In this document: piece by piece, positions 40,296 to 49,898 of the stretch
Layout of the letters: the number at the start of each line of letters is the position of its first letter
How positions within the stretch are numbered: position 1 is the first letter of the stretch
Source: an uncultured Anaeroplasmatales bacterium
GTDB lineage: Bacteria; Bacillota_I; Bacilli_A; Acholeplasmatales; WRBM01
Assembly (NCBI GenBank): GCA_964478425.1
Contig: CAYZIB010000006.1
Location: 8,133 to 72,132, forward strand
Length of the DNA stretch: 64,000 nt
Reading direction: 5' to 3'
Program-made: the position numbers and the translations under genes
Notes under the pieces: generated by a model
What the model was told of the DNA's origin: nothing
The model's input: the letters and a program-made list of their open reading frames with translations, nothing else
Databases searched by the model: none

Positions 40296-41021
40296 ATGGA
40301 AATAGAAAAATCTAAAATGAAGAAATTAGTTTTAGTAATTGATATTGTTTCTATTATTTTAATATTATTATTAGTATTTGGTCTTGTTTACAAATATTGG
40401 GATGAAATAAAAATGCTAAATAGTGATAGTGGACAAGAATGGCTAGAAAATAAAGTACAAAAAACTGGTGTTTGGGGTGTTTTAGTTTTACTAGGTATAC
40501 AAGTTTTACAAGTAGTAGTTGCATTTATTCCGGGAGAAGTAGTTGAAATTGTTTCAGGTGTTATGTTTGGGGCATTTGGTGGACTTTTGATTTGTATTAT
40601 TGGATTAATAATTGGAACTTGTATTATTTTTGGATTGGTAAAATTATTAGGAAAACCATTTGTAGAATTAGTAGTAAAAGATAATGACTCTAGTAAATTT
40701 AAATTTCTAGAAGATCCTATAAGAGCTCTAGTTATTTTATTTTTTATTTTTCTAATACCAGGGTTACCTAAAGATATTTTAATATATCTTATACCTTTTA
40801 CAAAAATTGATTTAAAAAATTTTTTATTTGTATCTGTTTTAGCGAGAATTCCTTCGATTTTTACATCAACATTAGTTGGATCTGCTATTGTGGATAAAAA
40901 TTATAGTTTGGCAGTTATAATTTCTATTATTATGTCTATTTTAGCGATAGTAGGATTAATATTCAATAAACAAATATGTAGTTATATAGAGGATAAAATA
41001 GTAAACAAAAATAATAAATAA
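40296..41021 (+). CDS. TVP38/TMEM64 (DedA-related, SNARE-associated) family membrane protein
   Basis: IPGEVVEIVSGVMFG and LIPGLPKD motifs; 5-6 TM segments. Confidence 0.75.
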   Translation: MEIEKSKMKKLVLVIDIVSIILILLLVFGLVYKYWDEIKMLNSDSGQEWLENKVQKTGVWGVLVLLGIQVLQVVVAFIPGEVVEIVSGVMFGAFGGLLICIIGLIIGTCIIFGLVKLLGKPFVELVVKDNDSSKFKFLEDPIRALVILFFIFLIPGLPKDILIYLIPFTKIDLKNFLFVSVLARIPSIFTSTLVGSAIVDKNYSLAVIISIIMSILAIVGLIFNKQICSYIEDKIVNKNNK

Positions 41022-41039
41022 CATTCAAAGGTGGTAAAT

Positions 41040-41570
41040 ATGAATGTAAAAGTGAGTGTAATCGAAAGATTAAAAAGAAAAGATGAAAAAGCATTTGATG
41101 AAGTATATCATGCTTATAAAAAATTAGTTTATTATATTTTAAAACTCTATATTAAAAACAACAATATTTGCATAGAGCTAATGCAAGATATATTTACAAA
41201 AGTATATTTAGAAATTGATAAGTTAAAAGAAAATAAAGCATTTCATAGTTGGATAATTAGTATTACTAAAAATGTTGCATTAGAATATTTAAGAAAAGAA
41301 AGATTAGAAACTAATTTTATTAATACATATTTTGAAAAAGAAAATTTAGTTATAAATCCGAAAAATGATTTAAGTGAATATTATACAAAGGATATTAATG
41401 ATTTAGAAAAGGCTATTTTAACATTACATTTTATTTATAATATGACATTTAAAGAAATTAGTAATCAATTGAATATTACTAAAGATGTAGCAGCAAAAAC
41501 TTATTATCAAAGTTTAGAGAAAATAAAAAAATGTGTAAAGGGGGAAGAATATGAAAAGAAAAATAATTAA
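41040..41570 (+). CDS. Sigma-70 family (ECF-like, regions 2 and 4 only) RNA polymerase sigma factor 1
   Basis: The region 2 pattern is FDEVYHAYKKLVYYIL...MQDIFTKVY. The region 4 HTH is FKEISNQLNITKDVAAKTYYQSL. I use ATG 41040 after AAAGGTGG. Confidence 0.8.
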   Translation: MNVKVSVIERLKRKDEKAFDEVYHAYKKLVYYILKLYIKNNNICIELMQDIFTKVYLEIDKLKENKAFHSWIISITKNVALEYLRKERLETNFINTYFEKENLVINPKNDLSEYYTKDINDLEKAILTLHFIYNMTFKEISNQLNITKDVAAKTYYQSLEKIKKCVKGEEYEKKNN

Positions 41571-41883
41571 ATATATCGATGATGATTTTAATATGTCTGT
41601 TGATGAATTAAATATATTAAATAAAATTAAAAATGATAATCATTTAACTTTTAAAAATAATAATAACAATATTAAAAGAAATTTTATAATATATAGATAT
41701 ATTTCTGTTTTATCTTTATTATTTGGAATAGTATTATCAATATTATATATATATCCTAAAAAAAGCATTTTTTTATCTACAAAAAATAAATATGATGTTT
41801 TAATATTTGCATTATTCTTTATTCTTGTTGGTATTATGTGTTTAATATTATCTTATAAAAAAAAGAATAAGGAGAAAGAATAA
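41551..41883 (+). CDS. Small two-TM protein, putative cognate anti-sigma factor
   Basis: It overlaps the sigma gene by 20 nt. It has a cytoplasmic N-terminal segment and two TM helices, with essentially no ectodomain. Confidence 0.45.
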   Translation: MKRKIIKYIDDDFNMSVDELNILNKIKNDNHLTFKNNNNNIKRNFIIYRYISVLSLLFGIVLSILYIYPKKSIFLSTKNKYDVLIFALFFILVGIMCLILSYKKKNKEKE

Positions 41884-43991
41884 TGAGTTTTCTAAAATTA
41901 CAAAATATAAGTAAAATTTATGTTGAAAAAGTTGTAAGTGTTGGATTATCAAAAATAAATTTAGAATTTAATTTAGGAGAATTTGTTGCTATTACTGGTA
42001 AAAGTGGTAGTGGAAAAACTACTTTATTAAATGTTATTAGTGGTATAGATAGTTATGAAGAAGGAGAATTATATATAAATAATTCTCCTACAAGTCATTT
42101 TACTCAAAAAGAGTTTGAAGATTATAGAGAGCAATATATTTCTTTTATATTTCAAGATTATAATATAATAGATTCTTTTACAGTTTTAGAAAATGTAGAA
42201 TTATCACTTATGCATATAAAAAATTTAAAAGAAAGAAGAAATAAGGCTTTAGAATTAATTGAAAAAGTTGGTTTAAAGTCACATATTCATCATAAAGGTT
42301 CTAAATTAAGTGGTGGACAAAAACAAAGAACAGTTATAGCAAGAGCACTTGCTAAAAATTCACCAGTTATATTAGCTGATGAGCCAACAGGAAATTTAGA
42401 TAGTACAACATCTAAACAAATCATAAAACTTTTAAAAGAAATATCAAAAGATAAACTTGTTATTGTTGTTACTCATAATTATGAGGATTTTAAAGATTAT
42501 GCTACAAGACATATTAGAATTTATGATGGTAAAATAGTTGAAGATGAAGCATTATGTGATTATAGTAAAACAACATATGAAGAACAAATTATAAATAAAA
42601 GTAAAAAAAGTGATTTTTTAAATTCTTTATTATTAGGATTTATTAAGTTTAAATCTAAACCTAAATTGTCTTTAATTCTTTCTTTGATTTTTACGATTGC
42701 TGTTTTAGGTTCTTTTTTTGTAACTTCTTTATTTAAAGAAAGTTATAATAAAATAAAATTAGAAAATGCGTTTCAATATATAAATGGTAGAGTTATTATA
42801 TCTAAAAAAGATGGAGTTATCTCTGATGAAATATTAGAAGAAATTAAAATAAAAACCAATGCTTCTTATTATATTCGTTATGATGATTTTATTGATATAA
42901 ATAAAGATAAAAAAAATTATTATCTAGTTTATACAAATAAAAAATTTAATGTTGATTATGGAAGGATGCCTTTAAATGATAATGAGGTTATATTAGAAGT
43001 TCCAATTTGTGATAAACCAAATATTAAATCTATTATCAATAATTCAACTATTAATAAATATTTTGATATTGTTGGAGTAAAATTTACTAATGATAATAAT
43101 AAACGAATCAAATTTTATTGTAGTAATGAATTAGCACAAAAAATTGGTTTTTATTATGATTATAATGATATATCAGGGATAATTTATTTTTCTGGTAGTA
43201 ATTCTTATGCAGCTAAATTATCAGATGTTTTAGTTAGTAATTCTATAAGTAAAAATACAATTATTATTCCAAAAACAATTTATGAAGAATATTATTTAAG
43301 TTGTTCTAAAGAAGAAAGTGATATTAGAATTTCTGTTAAAGATAATTTATATGGCGAAATTGATTTAGATATTAATGAACTAAATATTGTATGTGGTAAT
43401 ACAAATGATGATAATTGCTATATATCAAATGAATTATTAGATACAGAATATAAAAATTTAGTATTAAAAAATTATAACCAAGCATCAATGTTTTATAAAA
43501 ATAATAAAGAAGCTAAAAAAGCACTTAAAATTTTAGCGCAATATGATTTATATACATGTTTATCTAATGAAAAAACTAAAAATACTGAAAGTTTAGAAAC
43601 AATTTTTAATATAGTTTCATTAATTTTAGTTTGGGTTATTGAAATTTTATTTTTAGGATTATTTATATATTTATGTTCATATAAATTAATTTTAACAACA
43701 AAACAAGACATTGGTATTTATAGATCGATGGGAATAAAAAATAATTGTATAAAGAAAAGCATATTTTTTAATTTAATTTTTAATACAATAATACCTTTTA
43801 TAATTTTAGTGATATTAACTTCAATTATTTATAATGATCCTTATTTAAATGATTCATTTTGTTATTTATATTGGTATGAATATGGATTTATTATATTTGG
43901 ATTATTATTAATAATTTTATATTTGACAAAAAAGTTTAATCACAAATTATTTTTAGAATCAGTAAGAAAAAATTTAAAAGGAGTAGAATAA
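41883..43991 (+). CDS. MacB-type fused ABC protein (N-terminal ATPase, large extracytoplasmic domain, FtsX-type permease)
   Basis: GKSGSGKTTLLN, LSGGQKQR, ILADEPTGNLD. One TM segment, an ectodomain of about 300 aa, then three C-terminal TM segments. Confidence 0.85.
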   Translation: MSFLKLQNISKIYVEKVVSVGLSKINLEFNLGEFVAITGKSGSGKTTLLNVISGIDSYEEGELYINNSPTSHFTQKEFEDYREQYISFIFQDYNIIDSFTVLENVELSLMHIKNLKERRNKALELIEKVGLKSHIHHKGSKLSGGQKQRTVIARALAKNSPVILADEPTGNLDSTTSKQIIKLLKEISKDKLVIVVTHNYEDFKDYATRHIRIYDGKIVEDEALCDYSKTTYEEQIINKSKKSDFLNSLLLGFIKFKSKPKLSLILSLIFTIAVLGSFFVTSLFKESYNKIKLENAFQYINGRVIISKKDGVISDEILEEIKIKTNASYYIRYDDFIDINKDKKNYYLVYTNKKFNVDYGRMPLNDNEVILEVPICDKPNIKSIINNSTINKYFDIVGVKFTNDNNKRIKFYCSNELAQKIGFYYDYNDISGIIYFSGSNSYAAKLSDVLVSNSISKNTIIIPKTIYEEYYLSCSKEESDIRISVKDNLYGEIDLDINELNIVCGNTNDDNCYISNELLDTEYKNLVLKNYNQASMFYKNNKEAKKALKILAQYDLYTCLSNEKTKNTESLETIFNIVSLILVWVIEILFLGLFIYLCSYKLILTTKQDIGIYRSMGIKNNCIKKSIFFNLIFNTIIPFIILVILTSIIYNDPYLNDSFCYLYWYEYGFIIFGLLLIILYLTKKFNHKLFLESVRKNLKGVE

Positions 43992-43992
43992 T

Positions 43993-46404
43993 ATGATTGA
44001 ATTAAAAAATGTTAATAAATATTACAATTATAAAAAAAGTAATGAAATTCATGTTATTGATAATACTTCTTTAAATTTACCTTCTAAAGGGTTAGTATCG
44101 ATTTATGGGGCTTCAGGATGTGGTAAAACTACATTGTTAAATGTTATTGGTGGATTAGATAATTTTGATTCTGGAGATATTATAATTGATAATATTAAAG
44201 TAAATAAAAAGAATAATGATGATATAAGAAATAAATATATTGGCTATATTTTTCAAAATTATAATCTTGAAAATAAATTAACTGTTTATGAAAACATTGC
44301 ATTATCTTTGAGATTAATAGGTGTTAAAGATGAAAAAATTATTTATGAAAATGTATTATCAGTTTTAAAAATTGTTGAAATGGATAAATATTATAAAAGA
44401 TATCCTAATACATTAAGTGGTGGTCAACAACAAAGAGTTGCCATTGCAAGAGCATTAGTAAAAAATCCTAAGATAATTTTAGCAGATGAGCCAACAGGAA
44501 ATTTAGATACAGAAAACACATATAAAATAATGAACATATTAAAATCAATATCTAAAACTAAATTAGTTATTTTAGTGAGTCATGAAACTGATGTTATTAA
44601 ATATTATAGTGATTTTATTGTTAATATTAAAGATGGAAAAATATTAGATTTATCTAAAAATATAATAGAAGAAGCAATTATAAATCAAAATAAGAATAAT
44701 ATTTATTTAAAAGAATTAGAAGAAAAAACATTTAAAATTGATAATTTAAAATTAGATATTTATACTGATTCATCTAGTATTAACAATTTTAATATCAAAC
44801 TTGTTATTTATGATGGTAAATTATATTTAAAAAATGATAATAACATCAATATAATTGATAAAAATAGTGAAATAAATTTAATTGATAGTAAAAAACCTAT
44901 AATAAAAAATAATTTATTATCAGAAGAAAAAAATGATATCATATTAAATGAATTTAATTATCAAAAAGTAAAAATTTTTAGTGCTTTACAATCATTTTTA
45001 AATGGAATTAAAGATAATTTTATAAAACCAAAAGCAGGTAAAAAAGTGTTATATTTTATATTAACGTTACTTTCTATTATTATTTGTTTATTAACTGGAA
45101 TTTTATTAAAAAAATATGAGACATTAGGATTAGAAAAAAATTTATATGAAGATAATGTGATTTATTTAAATGTTAATAATAATAGTGAATATGATAAATT
45201 ATTAAGTTTAATTAATGATGATATAACTTATATTGAATATACTAAAAATTATGATACAGTAGCAAAAAAAACAATTTATTTATATGATTTTGAAACTTAT
45301 GAATATAGTTTTGATATTAATATGATTGAAACTCCAATAAGTAGAATAAATGAAAATAATAAATTAATAATAGGAATAGAAAATATAAATAATTATAATG
45401 AATGCTTAATTTCATCTACATTAGCTGAAAATATTATTAAAAAATCAAATGTTAAGTCTGTTAAAGAATATAAAGATTTAATAGGATTAAGAATTTCTAA
45501 TTATATAATTAAGGGAATTATAAAGGATAATAAAAGTCGTATTTATTATGACAATATTATCTATTATGAAAATTTTTATTCTGCTAATAAAAATTTTAGA
45601 TATCCTGATATTGGTTCTTTAAAAAGATTAGATTCAGAATATCAAAATATTAGTGATTTAGAAGTTGTTTTTGTTGATTATGGAAATGGAATGAAATATG
45701 AAATTGGACAAACTGTAAACCTTTATGGAAATAGATTTATTGTTACAAATGTAATTGATGCATCAAATAATAAAGATTTATATGATGATAAAAGTTTCTT
45801 TTTAACTGATAATTCATTAAAAAAAGTTTTGACTTATAAGTATGAAGCAACGATTATTAATGGTGGTAAAACTAAAGCATATATTTATAAAATTAAAACT
45901 AAAAATTATGAAGAAACGTTAAAATTATTACTTTCTAATTTTAGCGAGTCTAATGTATTAGATAGTAACGAATTTAAAAATTTGATTTTAAAAACTCAAT
46001 TAGACAATGCAAAATCAAATTTAATTAGTTATATAGTCATTTTTGCAATTTTATTTATATGTTTATATTTTATTTTAAAATCAATTATTACTTCAAAAAT
46101 TAAGGATATAGGTATTTTAAGAGCAATCGGAGTAAAAAAGAAAAGCTTATATTATAAGTTTATTTTTGAAGGATTGGGTGTATTATCTGTTACTGTTATA
46201 TCTAGTTATTTAGTAATGTCTTTATTATTTTTTATATTGTTAGATTTTGGTAATGCTTATAATTCTTATATTTCTTATCCTATTTGGGCGTTTTTATTGT
46301 TAGGATTTTTAATTATTTTTATATCGATTATTTTAATATATTTATCTTTAAAACAAATATTAAAATTAACTCCTGCAAAGATTTTATCTAAATATGATAT
46401 TTGA
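43993..46404 (+). CDS. Second MacB-type fused ABC protein (ATPase plus FtsX-type permease)
   Basis: GASGCGKTTLLN, LSGGQQQR, ILADEPTGNLD. It has the same topology with a longer ectodomain. Confidence 0.85.
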   Translation: MIELKNVNKYYNYKKSNEIHVIDNTSLNLPSKGLVSIYGASGCGKTTLLNVIGGLDNFDSGDIIIDNIKVNKKNNDDIRNKYIGYIFQNYNLENKLTVYENIALSLRLIGVKDEKIIYENVLSVLKIVEMDKYYKRYPNTLSGGQQQRVAIARALVKNPKIILADEPTGNLDTENTYKIMNILKSISKTKLVILVSHETDVIKYYSDFIVNIKDGKILDLSKNIIEEAIINQNKNNIYLKELEEKTFKIDNLKLDIYTDSSSINNFNIKLVIYDGKLYLKNDNNINIIDKNSEINLIDSKKPIIKNNLLSEEKNDIILNEFNYQKVKIFSALQSFLNGIKDNFIKPKAGKKVLYFILTLLSIIICLLTGILLKKYETLGLEKNLYEDNVIYLNVNNNSEYDKLLSLINDDITYIEYTKNYDTVAKKTIYLYDFETYEYSFDINMIETPISRINENNKLIIGIENINNYNECLISSTLAENIIKKSNVKSVKEYKDLIGLRISNYIIKGIIKDNKSRIYYDNIIYYENFYSANKNFRYPDIGSLKRLDSEYQNISDLEVVFVDYGNGMKYEIGQTVNLYGNRFIVTNVIDASNNKDLYDDKSFFLTDNSLKKVLTYKYEATIINGGKTKAYIYKIKTKNYEETLKLLLSNFSESNVLDSNEFKNLILKTQLDNAKSNLISYIVIFAILFICLYFILKSIITSKIKDIGILRAIGVKKKSLYYKFIFEGLGVLSVTVISSYLVMSLLFFILLDFGNAYNSYISYPIWAFLLLGFLIIFISIILIYLSLKQILKLTPAKILSKYDI

Positions 46405-46408
46405 TAAA

Positions 46409-47200
46409 ATGAATAAAATACTTTTAGTAGATGGACATAATCTGTTGTTTCAGATGTTTTTTGGAATTCAAAATAAAATATATTTGAATGAAAAAGAAAT
46501 TCATGGGGCTTATGGTTTTATTTTTGCTTTACTTAAAATAATTAAAAAAGAAAATATAACTCATGTTTTAGTATTTTTTGATTCTGAAACTTCATTGATT
46601 AGGAAAAATGATTATTCTACTTATAAAGAAAATAGAAATGATTATAAAAAATTACCTAATAATCCCTTTACACAATTAGATACTATTTATGATTTTTTAA
46701 AAAAGCTTAATATTAATTATATTATTTCTGATTATATTGAAGCAGATGATATGATTAATAGTTATGCATTAAAATTTGATTTAGATGATAATTTAATTTA
46801 TATATTGTCATCAGATACAGATTTTTATCAAATAGTAAATAATAATATAAAAATTTATAGATATAAAGGAGAAAATAGTTATATTATAGATAAAGAATAT
46901 ATTAAAAATAAGTATAATATTTATCCTGATAGATATGTTGAATTTAAATCAATGGTTGGAGATAGTGCGGATAATATTAAAGGGATACCTAAAATAGGAA
47001 TAAAAACAGCAAGCAAAATAATAAATGAAAATAAATTTGAGTTAATTAAAGATGAATATATCAACATATATAATTTAAATAAAAAGTTAATAAGTTTCAA
47101 AAAAATAAATGATTTAAAATATGAATTAGATGATTTAGTTATTAAAATAAATAATAATATTAATATAAGAAATTTACTTTTTAAGAAAGAAGTGGTTTGA
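46409..47200 (+). CDS. 5'-3' exonuclease / flap endonuclease (PIN-like plus H3TH)
   Basis: ILLVDGHNLLF and GDSADNIKGIPKIGIKTASKII. The track start is 46394; ATG 46409 gives the usual MxKxLLxDG N-terminus. Confidence 0.8.
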   Translation: MNKILLVDGHNLLFQMFFGIQNKIYLNEKEIHGAYGFIFALLKIIKKENITHVLVFFDSETSLIRKNDYSTYKENRNDYKKLPNNPFTQLDTIYDFLKKLNINYIISDYIEADDMINSYALKFDLDDNLIYILSSDTDFYQIVNNNIKIYRYKGENSYIIDKEYIKNKYNIYPDRYVEFKSMVGDSADNIKGIPKIGIKTASKIINENKFELIKDEYINIYNLNKKLISFKKINDLKYELDDLVIKINNNINIRNLLFKKEVV

Positions 47201-48561
47201 TGATTACAAAAAAGGAAAAATTATTTTATGGCTTTGGGGATATGGGATATAATATATTAATGTCTGGAATATCATTTTATTTATTGTATTTTATGATTAA
47301 TGTAGGTGGATTAAAAGCTTCTCTTGCTTCATTAGTATTTTTAGTATCAAAAGTATGGGATGCAGTAACAGATTATTTAATGGGACGTATTTCAGATAAA
47401 ACAAAGTCTAAATTTGGTAAAAGAAGAATTTATATGTTATTAGGATCTTTACCTTTTATGATTTCTTTTGCTTTATTATGGGTTGTACCAAATACTAATA
47501 GTCAATTATTAAAATTTTTATTTTATTTAATTGTTTATATGTTTTATAATACATGTGCTACTGTTGTTTATATACCTTATAATTCATTATCAGCAAATAT
47601 GACTAATGATTATAACGAAAGAACATCACTTAATTCATTTAGAATTATATTAGCTAATTTAGGTATTTTATTAGGTGCATTATTATTTAGTTTACTTGCT
47701 GAAGGTAAAGAAAGTTTACTTTACCCATTATTTAATAGCGAAAAATATGCTTATTTATTAGCTGGAGTTATAATGGGATTTATTGCAGCGTTATTAATGG
47801 TTTTATGCACATTTAATGTTAAAGAAAAATTTGATGGCGGAGATAATTCATATGGATTTTTTAGTACATTAAAACAATTTTTTAAATTAAAAGAATTTAG
47901 AAATACAACTATATTTTATTTATTAAGTATGACTGGTTTTGATATTATAATGGCAACTTTTATGTTTTTAGTAAGTGATACTTTAAATTTTGGTAGTGGA
48001 ACAATTACAATGATTTTTATAGCTTTACCTTTAATAACTGCAATGGCAAGCGCATTTTTTTGGAGCTACGTAAGTGAGAAAAAAGATAAGATATTTGCCT
48101 ATAATGTCGCTTCTATTTTGATTTTTATAAGTTTATTACTTGTTTTATTTATTCCAGAAAAATCATATGTATTTTTAGGAATTGTATGTTTATTAGTTGG
48201 ATTTTGCATGGGATCAATTCAAGTTATGCCATGGGCTTGTTTACCTGATGTAATTGAAATTGATGAATATGAAAATCATGTAAGAAGAGAAGGAGCATTT
48301 TATGGAATTGTATCATTTTTATATAAAACAGCTTCAGGTATTTCGCTTGCAATAGTTTCTTTGGTTTTAAGTATTTTTGGTTATGTAGAAAATTCAACAC
48401 TTCCACAACCTGAAAGAGCTCTAAATGCAATAAGATATATGTTTAGTTTTTTACCAGGGTTAATATTTATTATTTCTATTTATTTTGCGATTAAGTCTAG
48501 AATTTCTAAAGATAAATTTGAATTAATTAATAAAGAATTAGAAGAAAGAAGAAAAAAATAA
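47200..48561 (+). CDS. GPH family glycoside-pentoside-hexuronide:cation symporter
   Basis: YGFGDMGYN, DAVTDYLMGRISDKT.SKFGKRR; 12 TM segments. The ATG overlaps the upstream TGA as TGATG. Confidence 0.8.
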   Translation: MITKKEKLFYGFGDMGYNILMSGISFYLLYFMINVGGLKASLASLVFLVSKVWDAVTDYLMGRISDKTKSKFGKRRIYMLLGSLPFMISFALLWVVPNTNSQLLKFLFYLIVYMFYNTCATVVYIPYNSLSANMTNDYNERTSLNSFRIILANLGILLGALLFSLLAEGKESLLYPLFNSEKYAYLLAGVIMGFIAALLMVLCTFNVKEKFDGGDNSYGFFSTLKQFFKLKEFRNTTIFYLLSMTGFDIIMATFMFLVSDTLNFGSGTITMIFIALPLITAMASAFFWSYVSEKKDKIFAYNVASILIFISLLLVLFIPEKSYVFLGIVCLLVGFCMGSIQVMPWACLPDVIEIDEYENHVRREGAFYGIVSFLYKTASGISLAIVSLVLSIFGYVENSTLPQPERALNAIRYMFSFLPGLIFIISIYFAIKSRISKDKFELINKELEERRKK

Positions 48562-48568
48562 ATTAAAT

Positions 48569-48624
48569 AAAAGTGTAAATTATCATGTTTTTAGGTTAAA
48601 ACAAAAATAATTTACACTTTTTTT
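48569..48624 (+). terminator. Terminator closing the 38.1-48.6 kb gene string
   Basis: AAAAGTGTAAATTA 48569-48582 pairs with TAATTTACACTTTT 48608-48621 around a 25 nt loop, followed by a T-run. Confidence 0.65.
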
Positions 48625-48692
48625 AAAAAAATTAAAATTTTTGGAAAAAAAATAAAGGTTTATGTGTTTAGTATTATGAGAGGTGGAAAAAT

Positions 48693-49841
48693 ATGAAAAA
48701 AATAGTTTTTAGTTTAATGCTTATGGTATTAACATTAAGTTTAGTAGGATGTAATAAAGAAGAAAAAAATAAAAGGGTAACATTAAAAGTAAATCCTGAA
48801 ATAGAATTTATTGTTGATGATAAAAATAATATAACTTCTGTAACAGGATTAAATAATGAAGGAAAAATAATTTTAGTAGATGAAAATATTGTCGGAAAAT
48901 CATTAGAAGAAGGAATTGATATTGTATTAAAATTAGAACATGATTTAGGATACCTTATTAATGTAGATGGAAGTTTAAAAATTGAATTTTCTTGTGATTT
49001 TGAAAAATTAGATAATAAAATTAAAGATTATATTAATCAATCAATTGAAAAATTAGATGTAAAAGCGACTATTGAAGAAATAAAAGCTTTAACAAAACAA
49101 GAAATCGAAGAAATAGTAAAAGAATTTGATAATACAATTGATACTGCTAAATTATCATACGAAGAATTACTTGTTAAATTAAATGAATTCCGTAATGAAA
49201 CAAAAGAATTAGTAACAGTAGAACTAGTTGAATTATATAATTTATTTAAAAATACAAATATTGAATTTAAAGATAAAGAATTAACAAAAAATATTATTGA
49301 TAATTTAGATGAAAAATATCAACAATATTATAATAATTTTGATTTAATTTTTAATACATTAAATGAAACAAAAGAAAAATTATTAAATAAACAATATGAA
49401 ATGTTTGTAAGTGAAGAATCAGCTTATCAACAAGCATATAAAAAAGTTTTAGAATATAAAACAGAAATTTTAAGTTTACAAAAAGAAATTGAAGAATTAG
49501 ATGATACTAATTTCTTAAAACCAATCAAACAAGCAGAATTAACAGCTAAAAAGAATTTATATGATGTTAGTATTAACACATTAGATTTAGCTAAACAAAA
49601 TGCAGATGTATTATTTTTACAAGCCAAAAATTTATTAGATGAAACAATCAATTCATTAGATGAATTTGTTAACTCATTACCAACAGAAATTAAAACAATT
49701 TTAACTAATAATGTGGCAAATTTAGAAACAGAAGTTAATAATTTTAAAGATAATTGCTTTACTAATTTTGAAAATATTTATGGTTCATTAATTGAAAGTA
49801 ATTATAATCAAGTTATTGAATATAAAAATAATTTAAAATAA
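48693..49841 (+). CDS. Coiled-coil lipoprotein paralogous to the ectodomain of the downstream anti-sigma factor
   Basis: The lipobox is LSLVGC. LKVNPEIEFIVDDKNNITSVTGLNNEGKIIL matches LQINPEIEIITDENNIVLGIKGLNDDGRKIL in ORF 50403..51485. Confidence 0.75.
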   Translation: MKKIVFSLMLMVLTLSLVGCNKEEKNKRVTLKVNPEIEFIVDDKNNITSVTGLNNEGKIILVDENIVGKSLEEGIDIVLKLEHDLGYLINVDGSLKIEFSCDFEKLDNKIKDYINQSIEKLDVKATIEEIKALTKQEIEEIVKEFDNTIDTAKLSYEELLVKLNEFRNETKELVTVELVELYNLFKNTNIEFKDKELTKNIIDNLDEKYQQYYNNFDLIFNTLNETKEKLLNKQYEMFVSEESAYQQAYKKVLEYKTEILSLQKEIEELDDTNFLKPIKQAELTAKKNLYDVSINTLDLAKQNADVLFLQAKNLLDETINSLDEFVNSLPTEIKTILTNNVANLETEVNNFKDNCFTNFENIYGSLIESNYNQVIEYKNNLK

Positions 49842-49845
49842 TTTT

Positions 49846-49875
49846 ATTGCCCTATATTTTTAGGGCAATTTAAAT
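49846..49875 (+). terminator. Hairpin terminator after the lipoprotein gene
   Basis: ATTGCCCTA pairs with TAGGGCAAT. The T-tract is weak. Confidence 0.55.
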
Positions 49876-49898
49876 TATAATATATTCGGGTGTTAAAT

